Below, piece by piece: positions 35,802-45,586 of a stretch of 64,000 nt of DNA; within the stretch, counting starts at the first letter, position 1; every line of letters begins with the position of its first letter. Where the stretch lies: the IMG/VR virus record IMGVR_UViG_3300016472_000923; one strand, given 5' to 3'. Both the position numbers and the translations under genes were made by a program. This DNA comes from a virus. The notes beneath the pieces are model-generated. The model did no database searches and was not told the origin of the DNA. It saw only the letters and a program-made list of their open reading frames with translations.

Positions 35802-37337
35802 ATGGCCAGCCTAGCAGCACTACAAGCCCAAAGAGGCAAACTGATCGAGCAGATATCGCAGAGCGAGGCTGCCAAACAAAGAGCCGAGAGTTCAGCAGCT
35901 CGATATCAGCGTATTGCTCAATCCTCCACGAACCCAAAAGTCCGTAACGAATACGAAAGCCTAGCAGATGAGGCCCTGGGCGAAGCTCAACTCCAAGCAG
36001 CCAAGATCACTCGCTTGAACGGAGAACTGCAACAAGTTGACACTCAGATAGCCCAGGTACAGAGCCAACAAGGGGCACAGGTCAGTTCTGGTCAAGTTGT
36101 CAAACAAGCGCAGACAGCCCGAGACGACGGTGCCAGCGCTGTCAGTCCTCCGCCACCGGTGTTGGTCAATGAAAATGGTCGCGTATCACCAGCGCAAGAT
36201 CGTCCAGCTACCAATGCACAAAAACCCACAGCAGGCACACCAGGGGCAGTAGATACCGGCACTAATGCTGCCACGCGTCGCCAGGCAGTCACACAGAGCA
36301 CTCCTCCTGTCACTGCCACCCCTGGTGGTGCTAGACCATCCACTGGGTCACCATCACCGGCACCCACACCTACTCAGCAACGAGGAGCCGCCGCTGGCAG
36401 TGATGATTCCGGTGCCACACCGGTCAGGGTGCGACTCAACAACCTGTTTGGCGGTCTAAACAATCGCATCACTCCTCAAGAAAATGTGTTGGACCAGTAT
36501 GCCAGTTATACCTACAACATCGCGGTTTACCTAATGAGCCCCGCACAGTACAAGACCTTGATCCGCAGCAAGAAAAGGACGGTGTCGGGCTATCAATTGC
36601 TGTTCATGAGCGGCGGTGCTGGTCCCTCAGGATCGGTGGTGCCTGCCAATCAGATCACTGCAGAAGATCCTGTGCTGGCAGCGCAAGAAAGGATCGCCAA
36701 TCTTGGGCGCAATGAGTTTTTCAGCCTTGACTACTACATCGATGATGTGCAAGTCAAAAGCCTTATCCCTGGCAAAGCCACAGGTGGCGCACACAATGTC
36801 ACAGAGTTAAAGTTCAAGGTCATCGAACCCTATGGTTTGACCTTCTTGGATAACCTCTTTGCTGCTACCCAACAATATATCATTGTGTCGGGTGGTGATG
36901 TCAACAAAAATTACGCAGCTCAGAATTACCTCATGGTCATCCGTTTCTATGGATATGACGATCAAGGCAACTTAGTGCAGGCCAGTCGCAGCGGACAAGA
37001 CGCTGCCGGCACTGATGTCAATGCTGTAGTGGAAAAATTCATACCTTTCCAGTTCACCGGCATCAAGTTCCGCATAGCCAACAAGGTGGTAGAATATGAT
37101 TGTTCTGCTGTGTGTCCGCAGTATAATGTCAACACCGGTGCCAGCCGTGGCGTGATACCCTACAATATCGAATTACAGAGCCAGACACTGAAAGATCTCT
37201 TGACCGGCACCCCCAAATTTGCTGCCAACAACAGCGAAGGAAGAGTGGTGGGAACCACAGCGCAGCCTGCTGCTGGAGCACGAACCCCGACCAACACCCA
37301 AGGTCTGGGCATGCTGTCTGATGTGCAGGGAGCCTAG
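35802..37337 (+). CDS. Baseplate hub protein (gp27-like), N-terminal part
   Basis: NVLDQYASYTY, YYIDD, FKVIEPYGLTFLD, IRFYGYD; between the gp53-like and gp5-like genes. Confidence 0.55.
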   Translation: MASLAALQAQRGKLIEQISQSEAAKQRAESSAARYQRIAQSSTNPKVRNEYESLADEALGEAQLQAAKITRLNGELQQVDTQIAQVQSQQGAQVSSGQVVKQAQTARDDGASAVSPPPPVLVNENGRVSPAQDRPATNAQKPTAGTPGAVDTGTNAATRRQAVTQSTPPVTATPGGARPSTGSPSPAPTPTQQRGAAAGSDDSGATPVRVRLNNLFGGLNNRITPQENVLDQYASYTYNIAVYLMSPAQYKTLIRSKKRTVSGYQLLFMSGGAGPSGSVVPANQITAEDPVLAAQERIANLGRNEFFSLDYYIDDVQVKSLIPGKATGGAHNVTELKFKVIEPYGLTFLDNLFAATQQYIIVSGGDVNKNYAAQNYLMVIRFYGYDDQGNLVQASRSGQDAAGTDVNAVVEKFIPFQFTGIKFRIANKVVEYDCSAVCPQYNVNTGASRGVIPYNIELQSQTLKDLLTGTPKFAANNSEGRVVGTTAQPAAGARTPTNTQGLGMLSDVQGA

Positions 37338-37339
37338 TC

Positions 37340-39163
37340 ATGACCGGCAGCCTATTTGATCTTCAACTTGGCGGAACCGGCGCCGGTGATGGAGCAGCCA
37401 TCGCGGTAGGTAACCAACCGGCTGCCAACGCGGGCAAAACAGGTGCCAAGACAGCACAGGCTCCAGCCCCCAGCAAGGCCGATGCGGCCCGGAACAAGAC
37501 TTTGGTATCTGGATTGGTCGATGCCTTGAATAAATTTCAAGCCGAGATATCGGGCCCGGAAAAAGACAAGCCTCAACTCTATCCTGACACCTATAATATA
37601 ATCATAGTAGACGAAGTACTCCAGCAGGCCAAAGTAGTTCCTCCTGGCCAGACCAATCTCAAACAGACGCCAATGACGCAGGCCCAGACTGCCAACCAAC
37701 AGAAGAACCCTGCCACACAAAAGGTCGACAACAATGCCAAGACCACCAAGGTCATAGCGGGTACCAGCATCGTGCAGTTTTTGGATCAGTTGGTTCGCAC
37801 CAGCACCTACATCTATGATCAGCAGATAGCCATCTATGATGCCAAGACCAAAGAGCTCAAGCCCAACGGCACACCCGCAGAAACCGTGGGTTGGTACAGG
37901 ATCGGCTTAGAAGCCACACCGCAGTTGGACAAGTTTGATACCAAGCGCAACGACTATGCCTATGACATCACCTATCAGCTCAACATCTACGCTGTCAGCG
38001 ATGTCAAAAGTGACTTCTTTCCCAGTCCCAAATTCCGCGGCACACAGAAAAAATACAACTACTGGTTCACCGGTGAAAACACACAGGTTCTGGATTTCAG
38101 TCAGGATTTCAACTATCTCTACTACATCGTCAGCAACGGCCCACGGCAACCTCGTACTACCACCAGTGATTTCCGAGAAGTAGAAAAAAGATACTACCAG
38201 GTCAACAGTCCGCAGAGCAGCCAGGGGCAAGACGACGACAAGGTCAACGAGCCCAGTGCTAATGCTGCTGACTATCTCTACAGCCCAGGCGATCAAAGCC
38301 GTGTCAAGCTCAAGATCATAGGTGATCCAGCTTGGATCTTCCAAGGCGAGACTTGGTCAGGTGTACAGGGATTGAAATTCAACTACGGACCGTTCTTGCC
38401 TGACGGAACCATCAATTATGAGGGACAAGAAATATTGTTTGAGTTGGCATGGAACAAGCCCGCGGATTACGATCTCGAAACAGGTATAGCGGATCCCACT
38501 ACCAAAAATTTCAAAAAAACAGCAACCTCTGCTGGTGAAGCCCGACAGAGTTATGTTTACAAGGCCATAGAGTGTACCAGCACTTTCAGCCGCGGCAAGT
38601 TTGAACAGGATCTCAATGGCGTGTTGATGATCTATCCCATACCCCAGACCACTGCCCGCGCCGAAGCCAATGCAACTCCTACTGTGCAGACATCAAGATC
38701 AACCACTGCGCCCACAACCGCCAAAAAGGTAGCAGCTCGTCCCAATGCTCCAGCGCCCAGTGGCATACGGGCAGACACAGCGGATCTCGCTGTCACCGAC
38801 ACCATGTCCGCAGAAGGATTTGGTGGTGTGGTTGGAACCAGCCCAGCTCCTACACCGCCCACCAGCGGTGGTCAGGCCGTGGGGCCAGCAGCCGGCACAG
38901 CAGCCAGTCAGCAAGTAGCAACGACCAGCGGACAAATAGCCACAGGCACAGCCCAAGGTCAACCGGTGTCGGTGCCTGTGAGGACGACTTCTGGATCTAC
39001 AATCAATGTGACCGATCAAGGAGAGATCAGCGATCTGTATGTAAATGACAAGATCAGTCGTGCCGAATACGAGCGGTCACTGGCCAGATTAGAACTAAAT
39101 CAAGCGCGGGCAAACTCACCAGTGACGAATAAACCCAATCAGAAGATAGCTAGAGCAACATAA
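37340..39163 (+). CDS. Baseplate hub protein (gp27-like), C-terminal part
   Basis: KKYNYWFTGEN, LKIIGDPAWI, STFSRGKFEQDL resemble the end of hub/VgrG-type proteins; GGAG RBS. Confidence 0.55.
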   Translation: MTGSLFDLQLGGTGAGDGAAIAVGNQPAANAGKTGAKTAQAPAPSKADAARNKTLVSGLVDALNKFQAEISGPEKDKPQLYPDTYNIIIVDEVLQQAKVVPPGQTNLKQTPMTQAQTANQQKNPATQKVDNNAKTTKVIAGTSIVQFLDQLVRTSTYIYDQQIAIYDAKTKELKPNGTPAETVGWYRIGLEATPQLDKFDTKRNDYAYDITYQLNIYAVSDVKSDFFPSPKFRGTQKKYNYWFTGENTQVLDFSQDFNYLYYIVSNGPRQPRTTTSDFREVEKRYYQVNSPQSSQGQDDDKVNEPSANAADYLYSPGDQSRVKLKIIGDPAWIFQGETWSGVQGLKFNYGPFLPDGTINYEGQEILFELAWNKPADYDLETGIADPTTKNFKKTATSAGEARQSYVYKAIECTSTFSRGKFEQDLNGVLMIYPIPQTTARAEANATPTVQTSRSTTAPTTAKKVAARPNAPAPSGIRADTADLAVTDTMSAEGFGGVVGTSPAPTPPTSGGQAVGPAAGTAASQQVATTSGQIATGTAQGQPVSVPVRTTSGSTINVTDQGEISDLYVNDKISRAEYERSLARLELNQARANSPVTNKPNQKIARAT

Positions 39164-39164
39164 A

Positions 39165-41675
39165 ATGCCCGAGAATATAAACCGAACCAAAGGCCGCTCG
39201 GCCGGATACAAGTTTGATCGAGGCGGAACACCCACAGAGTCAGGTCCAGTCATTGGCATCGTGAAAAACAATGTAGATCCCACACGAGCCGGAAGATTGC
39301 AAGTCTATGTAGAGCAATTTGGTGGCGAGGACGAGTCAGATGAAAGCCTGTGGCGAACGGTCAACTACATCCCGCCTTTTTATGGTGTTACCGCCGGAGG
39401 TGGTGCCAACGGAGAGACGCCCGGCACATTTACAGGCAATCAGCAAAGCTATGGCATGTGGTTCACTCCTCCCGATCTAGGCACCCAGGTCATATGTTTC
39501 TTCGTGGCCGGCGATCCTAACCAAGGATACTACATTGGGTGTGTACCAGATCAAGGCATCAATCATATGTTGCCTGCCATTGGTGCCAGCCGGCGTTTCC
39601 AGCTGCAAAACGGCCCTCAGGACAGTTATTTCGCAGGCGCCAGCCAACTTCCCGTCACAGAGATCAATGTCGATAACGAAGAGATTTCCGAAGATCCTAG
39701 ATTTTTTGACAAAGTCAAACCTGTGCATAGCTATCTTGCCGGCATAATGATGCAGCAAGGACTGATAAGAGATACAGTGCGCGGCCCTATCACATCAAAT
39801 GCCCAGCGTGAGTCGCCATCTTCGGTATTTGGTATCTCCACACCTGGCCAGGCCATATATCAAGGTGGCCTCAATGAACGAGACATCAAAGGGCAATTGG
39901 AACGCGGGCTGCTCAAACCACAGGACGTGCAGGTCATAGCGCGGCGTGGCGGACATACTTTGGTCATGGACGATGGAGATCTAGAAGGTCGTGATAACCT
40001 GGTCCGCATCCGTACCAGCAAAGGCCATCAGATCACCATGAGCGATGATGGTGACTGTTTCTACATCATACATGCCAATGGTCAGACTTGGCTGGAATTT
40101 GGCAAACAAGGTACCGTGGATGTGTTCAGCACCAACTCTGTGAACATACGCACACAGGGTACTATCAACCTTCATGCTGACAAAGACATCAACATGTATG
40201 CTGGCGGCAGTTTCAATGTGAAAACTCCAGTGATGAAATTAGAAGCTGAGGCCAGCCTAGATATAATTGGCACAGGTAAGATGACACTTTACAGCAAGAA
40301 CCTCATCGGCATCAAGAGTGATGGCAGCCTGAATCTCAAAAATTCGTCTGCAGGATCTTGGGACGGTGGCAGCTCACTCAACCTCAAAGCAGGCTGTATC
40401 AATCTTAACAGTGGTGGCGGAGCTCCAGTAGACACTCCTACCAATCTTAAAGATCTCAATCTTGTGGATACCAAATTCGTGCAAGGTACCGGTTGGACAG
40501 CACAACCCGGAACGCTGAAAACAATAGTGACTCGGGCTCCTACTCACGAGCCCTATCCTTATCATAACCAAGGTGTCAATGCGACCACTACCTTAGGTAC
40601 CACACCTGCACAGGATCTCACAGACAAGACAGCCAATGCTCTGGCCAGCACCGCTGCTGTTCCTGTGACCAATGGCATCGACACTGCTGCCTATCTTGAA
40701 CAGCCGCCGGCTGAAATATCAGTGGGATCACTGGACACCAATCAGGTTACAGGACTCATGGCCCAGACAGCAGCCGATGTGGGCCAAGCCGCGGATGTGG
40801 TCAGCTTGGATAAAGGCATAGGCAAATACGGACTGACACCAACTCAACTGGAATCATCGGGATTTTTGAAACCCGGTACAGTGCAGACCTATCTCCAAGA
40901 CCCGGCACAGTTGGAATCAGTGCTGAGTTCACCGTCGGTATGGACTGGCAAAGGCGATGTAGTTGGTCTGAATAATCTGCTGGGCGATGTCAATCTCCAG
41001 AGCCTTACACAGAACGAGATACTGAGCAGCAGCCTCCAAGGTCTGCAGGCAGCAGGCATCGTCACTGGACAGGAAGCACCACAGCAGTTGGCCGCTTTTG
41101 TACAAAGCGCCAGCCGGTTTGGTGTCGACAATGCTGTGGCTTGGGTACAAGGAGTAGCACCACCCGATGTGGCAGCCAGCATAGGTTCGGTGGCGAAAAA
41201 TGCCCAGTACGCAGTGAATTTCGTTGACGATAAAGCCAGTTCAGTGGTCACCGGACTGAATCTAGGTGGCTTTTCTAGCACAGTTGAGCGTGGCGAAGTG
41301 GATCAAGCCCTGGCTGAAGTCATCGGTGATGACAAGATACCCACACCCAACTATGACACTGGTCTATATACATCTACGCCCACTTCAGATCTTACCTATG
41401 ATGAAACTGAAGACGAGCAAGTGCAGGAAGAGATAGATGCCGAGCGAGAAGCACGCGGACTAGCGCCATTGACCGATCCAGCCACGGGCACTGTGACTAC
41501 CCGTGTGAGCGAAGTGGCAGATCCCCGTAGCCAGACCATAATACGACTGCGCAACGAAATATCAGATCTTGAACAGATCATAGCCGGGCGCACTCGCCGT
41601 GGTCAGGACACCACTGTACAATATGTTGAACTGGCCCGACTGCAAGCACAGTTGAACACCTTGCAAAACGGGTAA
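39165..41675 (+). CDS. gp5: Baseplate central spike (gp5/VgrG-like)
   Basis: OB-fold GIVKNNVDPTRAGRLQV, PPDLGTQV; beta-helix RTSKGHQITMSD; PTHEP. Confidence 0.8.
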   Translation: MPENINRTKGRSAGYKFDRGGTPTESGPVIGIVKNNVDPTRAGRLQVYVEQFGGEDESDESLWRTVNYIPPFYGVTAGGGANGETPGTFTGNQQSYGMWFTPPDLGTQVICFFVAGDPNQGYYIGCVPDQGINHMLPAIGASRRFQLQNGPQDSYFAGASQLPVTEINVDNEEISEDPRFFDKVKPVHSYLAGIMMQQGLIRDTVRGPITSNAQRESPSSVFGISTPGQAIYQGGLNERDIKGQLERGLLKPQDVQVIARRGGHTLVMDDGDLEGRDNLVRIRTSKGHQITMSDDGDCFYIIHANGQTWLEFGKQGTVDVFSTNSVNIRTQGTINLHADKDINMYAGGSFNVKTPVMKLEAEASLDIIGTGKMTLYSKNLIGIKSDGSLNLKNSSAGSWDGGSSLNLKAGCINLNSGGGAPVDTPTNLKDLNLVDTKFVQGTGWTAQPGTLKTIVTRAPTHEPYPYHNQGVNATTTLGTTPAQDLTDKTANALASTAAVPVTNGIDTAAYLEQPPAEISVGSLDTNQVTGLMAQTAADVGQAADVVSLDKGIGKYGLTPTQLESSGFLKPGTVQTYLQDPAQLESVLSSPSVWTGKGDVVGLNNLLGDVNLQSLTQNEILSSSLQGLQAAGIVTGQEAPQQLAAFVQSASRFGVDNAVAWVQGVAPPDVAASIGSVAKNAQYAVNFVDDKASSVVTGLNLGGFSSTVERGEVDQALAEVIGDDKIPTPNYDTGLYTSTPTSDLTYDETEDEQVQEEIDAEREARGLAPLTDPATGTVTTRVSEVADPRSQTIIRLRNEISDLEQIIAGRTRRGQDTTVQYVELARLQAQLNTLQNG

Positions 41676-41683
41676 ATACCTAC

Positions 41684-42058
41684 ATGCCCACATTTATTGG
41701 ATTCAATACCATCAACCAATATAAAAAATTCACTCTCGTGGATTTTGAATTGATCAAACGCGATTTGGCCAATGCATTTAACATACAGCAGGGCACCTTG
41801 CCTGGTCGTCCGGGTTACGGTACTATCATGTGGAGTTATGTATTTGAAAATCAAACTCCCGAAACCGAGCGTGCTATCTTGGCCGAATGCCAGAGAGTGG
41901 CCGGCGGAGATCCCAGGATATACCTAGTCAGCGCCAACAGTTATCCCCAAGACAACGGCATATTGATAGAACTAGAAATACAAGTGGTAGCCACTACCAC
42001 GGCCGAGCGCTTGGCGATATTCTTTGACCAAGAAACACGCCGCGCCAGCTTCGTGTAA
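41684..42058 (+). CDS. gp25: Baseplate wedge / sheath initiator (gp25-like)
   Basis: DFELIKRDL.N.F....G..PGRPGYG..MW..VFE, DPRI. Confidence 0.85.
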   Translation: MPTFIGFNTINQYKKFTLVDFELIKRDLANAFNIQQGTLPGRPGYGTIMWSYVFENQTPETERAILAECQRVAGGDPRIYLVSANSYPQDNGILIELEIQVVATTTAERLAIFFDQETRRASFV

Positions 42059-42106
42059 AACTACCCAGTTTTTGTCAGCCATAAATACAAGACTTAGTGA
42101 GTGACC

Positions 42107-45100
42107 ATGGCCAAGACTGCACGACAAACCGCGATATTTGGAGTAGAAGACTGGAAGAGACTGTATCAGACCTTCCGTGAAGCTGACTTCCAAAGCTACG
42201 ACTTTGAAACACTTCGCAAAAGTTTCGTTGATTATCTCCGTGTGTACTACCCAGAGACATTCAATGATTACATAGAAAGTTCGGAATTTATCGCGCTGTT
42301 GGACGTCATGGCCTTCATGGGACAGGCCCTGGCCTTCCGCAACGACCTCAATGCCCGTGAAAATTTTCTAGACACTGCTGAACGACGCGATTCAGTGGTT
42401 CGTCTGGCCAACTTGGTCAGCTACACTCCCAAGCGTAACGAAGCTGCCCAGGGTTTCCTAAAAGTTTTTTCCGTGTCGACCACAGAGAATGTCATCGACT
42501 ACAACGGCATCAATCTAGCCAATATCACCGTGGATTGGAACGACCCTACCAACCCAGACTGGCTGGAACAGTTCACGCAGATCATCAATGCTGCTCTGGT
42601 AGACAGCCAAAAGTTTGGTCGTCCGGGCAATGAACAAAATATCCTGGGTGTGCGTACTTCTGAATATGCCATCAACTTGGTGCCAGGTTTCCTACCTGTG
42701 CTGCCCTACACATCCACAGTAGACGGCATCAACATGCCGTTTGAAGCCGTGAGTTCGACCTCCGAGGGGCGTGACTACATCTACGAACCTGCTCCTAGGC
42801 CTTCTGGCGTGTTTAATATCCTCTATCGCAATGATCAACTGGGATTTGGATCCGACAACACCGGATTCTTTTTCCTATTCAAGCAAGGTGTGCTACAGAA
42901 TCAAGATTTCAACTTGGCCGAAGCACTGACCAATCGCACGGTCAATATCAACATCGAAGGATGTAACGATCAGGACCATTGGTTGTACAAACTGGATGAT
43001 CTTGGCAGCATCGCCGATGAGTGGGATTATGTGGAAAGCATCTATGCTGGTGCAGTGGAACAACTACCCCCGGATCAACGCCAGCTCTACAGCATCACCA
43101 GCAGGGCCAATGATCAGATCACCTTGACCTTTGGTGATGGCGTGTTCGCAGAGATACCCGTGGGCACATTCCGCGCTTATGTGCGGGCAAGCAACGGACT
43201 GGAATACATCATCAATCCCGAAGAGATGCAGGCTGTAAATCTGCAGATCAGTTATGTCAGTCGCTTTGGCCGCTTGGAGACCTTGACCTTGGTTTGCGGT
43301 ATCACTGAACCTGTGAGCAATGCGCAAGCTCGCGAAACCATCGAAGAGATCAAACAGCGTGCTCCGGCTCGCTACTACACACAGAATCGCATGGTCAACG
43401 GCGAAGATTACAACAACTTCCCGTTTACCAAATACAACAGCATCATCAAATCCAAAGCCGTGGCTAGGTCTGCAGTGGGCACCAGCAGATATATCGATCT
43501 CACTGATGTTACAGGAAAGTATTCTTCAACCAATATCTTCGCATCAGATGGACTGATCTACAGAGAAAACCAACTGCCAACTTTTGACTTTGATTGGGTA
43601 AACCGCAATGAGATCGTGGATGTGATCAACAACAGTGTCGAACCATTGTTGCCCAGCCGTGGGTTCATACAGTTCTACTATGATCCCACAAACTTTCCCC
43701 GGGTGAGCTTTACGGTATTTCAACAAGCATGGTTCCAAAGCACACGCCTGGTCAATGAAACCACGGGCTATTTTTACATCAACACTCCAGCACAACCTCA
43801 GCCCATCGGCAGCTACACATCAGGTGCCAACAAATATATCACACAGGCCGCCTTGATACAGTTCGTTCCGCCCACTGGGTATTACTTTGATGCCAATAAT
43901 AGACTGGTAGCTGGGGTACCTACGCGGGCCGATGAGAAGCTGTCAATCTGGGCCACTGTCACAGCCGTAGTCCTGGATGGAACCAACAACGGATTGGGTA
44001 ATTTCACGGATGGAACAGGTCCGGTGACCATAAACAATTTTGTTCCCACAGGAGCTTTGGTCAACCAGGTCATACCCAAATTCGTCACGGATCTTCCATC
44101 GGCCTTGGAACAAAGCATGATACAGCAGATTGAACTGTACAGAGATTTTGGACTGGGCTATGATTATCTTGGCACAGTCACCGGCACGGCCGGCACATGG
44201 TATCTCATAACCAGCACCAACTTGGCCAAAGATGCTGCATTCAGCCTGACCAATGCAGGCAACACCACAGGTGCAGGACTAGATGCATCCTGGTTGATCC
44301 AGTTCGTCACAGACGGCGTGAGCTACACTGTGACCAACCGGCAACTGGATTATCTTTGGGCATCGGTGATACAAACTAGATTCTTCTATGATGGCAGCCA
44401 GGAAGTCTATGACAGCCGTACTGGATTGACCATCACGGATTATATCCGGGCGTTGAAAACCAATAGTCGTCCTGACAGCAATGAGCCTTTGGCTGGCGAT
44501 GTGCTCATGGACATCATAGCTCAACCAGTGGAAAGTGATGGATATGTCAATGATTACCAGGTAGTGGTCAGTTACAGCGACAGCGATGGTGACGGAGTAG
44601 CCGACGATCCTGATTTCTTTGATACCTTGGTCGCGCCCACTGTCAATGCCTCGCAGAAAAAAGTATTCTTAGAACTGCTTACTGATACAGATGGACTGGA
44701 GAGATATCTTCCAGTTGAAGAGGGCCGCATCAATACCAGTTATGCTACCCTTGATGAAGTCGAGCTGGTCAAAGCACAGTTTGTCAATGGTCAACTGTTT
44801 TACACCACCACCAGTGGAAATTTCTATGAACTGGTAGTGGGCACGGTAAATGGAACCATACAGCGTACCTTGGTTGAACAAACAGACTTTATCAGCCGCA
44901 CTGGTCGCCAGGGGCTTTATTTCCAATATCGCCACAATAGTCCATTGACCAATGTGATAGATCCGGGTGCAACCAACATCATTGACCTTTATATCGTCAC
45001 GCAAGAATATTATACTCAGTACCAAAATTACATCAAAGATACAACTGGTACAGTGCCAGAACCGGCCATCCCCACCATAGCACAATTGACCACGGCCTAC

Positions 45101-45586
45101 AGCGGACTCAATGATTATAAGATGATATCTGACAACGTGGTCTTGAATTCTGTGTTGTTCAAGCCCTTGTTTGGTGCCAAGGCCGCGCCTGAATTGCGTG
45201 GCGTGATCAAGGTAGTTCGGGCTCCCAACACCACTGCTTCTGTGAGCGAAATCAAGAGCCAGGTAGTGGCCAACATGAATGATTATTTCAGCATTGACAA
45301 ATGGGACTTTGGTGACACATTCTTCATGAGCGAATTGTCTGCTTTCTTACATGAGCGTATTGGATCAATCATTTCTTCAGTGGTGTTAGTGCCACTCAAC
45401 CCTCTCAAGACATTTGGTGATCTTTATGAAATCCGTTCAGCCCCAAATGAAATTTTCGTCAACGCAGTCACAGTGGCCGATGTTGAAGTCATCGATGCAC
45501 TGACACAGAGTGAATTGCGCACAACTACACCAGTGTCGGGTCTCTACCCAACTGAAAATTCTCTCAGCCAGACAGGTGAATACTGA
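42107..45586 (+). CDS. gp6: Baseplate wedge subunit (gp6-like)
   Basis: DFETLR, FNDYIESS, ENFLDTAERRDSV..LA....Y.P, FGDG, ETIEEIKQRAP..Y.TQNRMV..EDY; start ATG 42107 (track start 42101). Confidence 0.88.
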   Translation: MAKTARQTAIFGVEDWKRLYQTFREADFQSYDFETLRKSFVDYLRVYYPETFNDYIESSEFIALLDVMAFMGQALAFRNDLNARENFLDTAERRDSVVRLANLVSYTPKRNEAAQGFLKVFSVSTTENVIDYNGINLANITVDWNDPTNPDWLEQFTQIINAALVDSQKFGRPGNEQNILGVRTSEYAINLVPGFLPVLPYTSTVDGINMPFEAVSSTSEGRDYIYEPAPRPSGVFNILYRNDQLGFGSDNTGFFFLFKQGVLQNQDFNLAEALTNRTVNINIEGCNDQDHWLYKLDDLGSIADEWDYVESIYAGAVEQLPPDQRQLYSITSRANDQITLTFGDGVFAEIPVGTFRAYVRASNGLEYIINPEEMQAVNLQISYVSRFGRLETLTLVCGITEPVSNAQARETIEEIKQRAPARYYTQNRMVNGEDYNNFPFTKYNSIIKSKAVARSAVGTSRYIDLTDVTGKYSSTNIFASDGLIYRENQLPTFDFDWVNRNEIVDVINNSVEPLLPSRGFIQFYYDPTNFPRVSFTVFQQAWFQSTRLVNETTGYFYINTPAQPQPIGSYTSGANKYITQAALIQFVPPTGYYFDANNRLVAGVPTRADEKLSIWATVTAVVLDGTNNGLGNFTDGTGPVTINNFVPTGALVNQVIPKFVTDLPSALEQSMIQQIELYRDFGLGYDYLGTVTGTAGTWYLITSTNLAKDAAFSLTNAGNTTGAGLDASWLIQFVTDGVSYTVTNRQLDYLWASVIQTRFFYDGSQEVYDSRTGLTITDYIRALKTNSRPDSNEPLAGDVLMDIIAQPVESDGYVNDYQVVVSYSDSDGDGVADDPDFFDTLVAPTVNASQKKVFLELLTDTDGLERYLPVEEGRINTSYATLDEVELVKAQFVNGQLFYTTTSGNFYELVVGTVNGTIQRTLVEQTDFISRTGRQGLYFQYRHNSPLTNVIDPGATNIIDLYIVTQEYYTQYQNYIKDTTGTVPEPAIPTIAQLTTAYSGLNDYKMISDNVVLNSVLFKPLFGAKAAPELRGVIKVVRAPNTTASVSEIKSQVVANMNDYFSIDKWDFGDTFFMSELSAFLHERIGSIISSVVLVPLNPLKTFGDLYEIRSAPNEIFVNAVTVADVEVIDALTQSELRTTTPVSGLYPTENSLSQTGEY

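Noticed and set aside
37335-37342. TAG stop-codon reassignment or readthrough
   Set aside because: The downstream ORF is in a different frame, and core genes are intact under the standard code with all three stop codons in use
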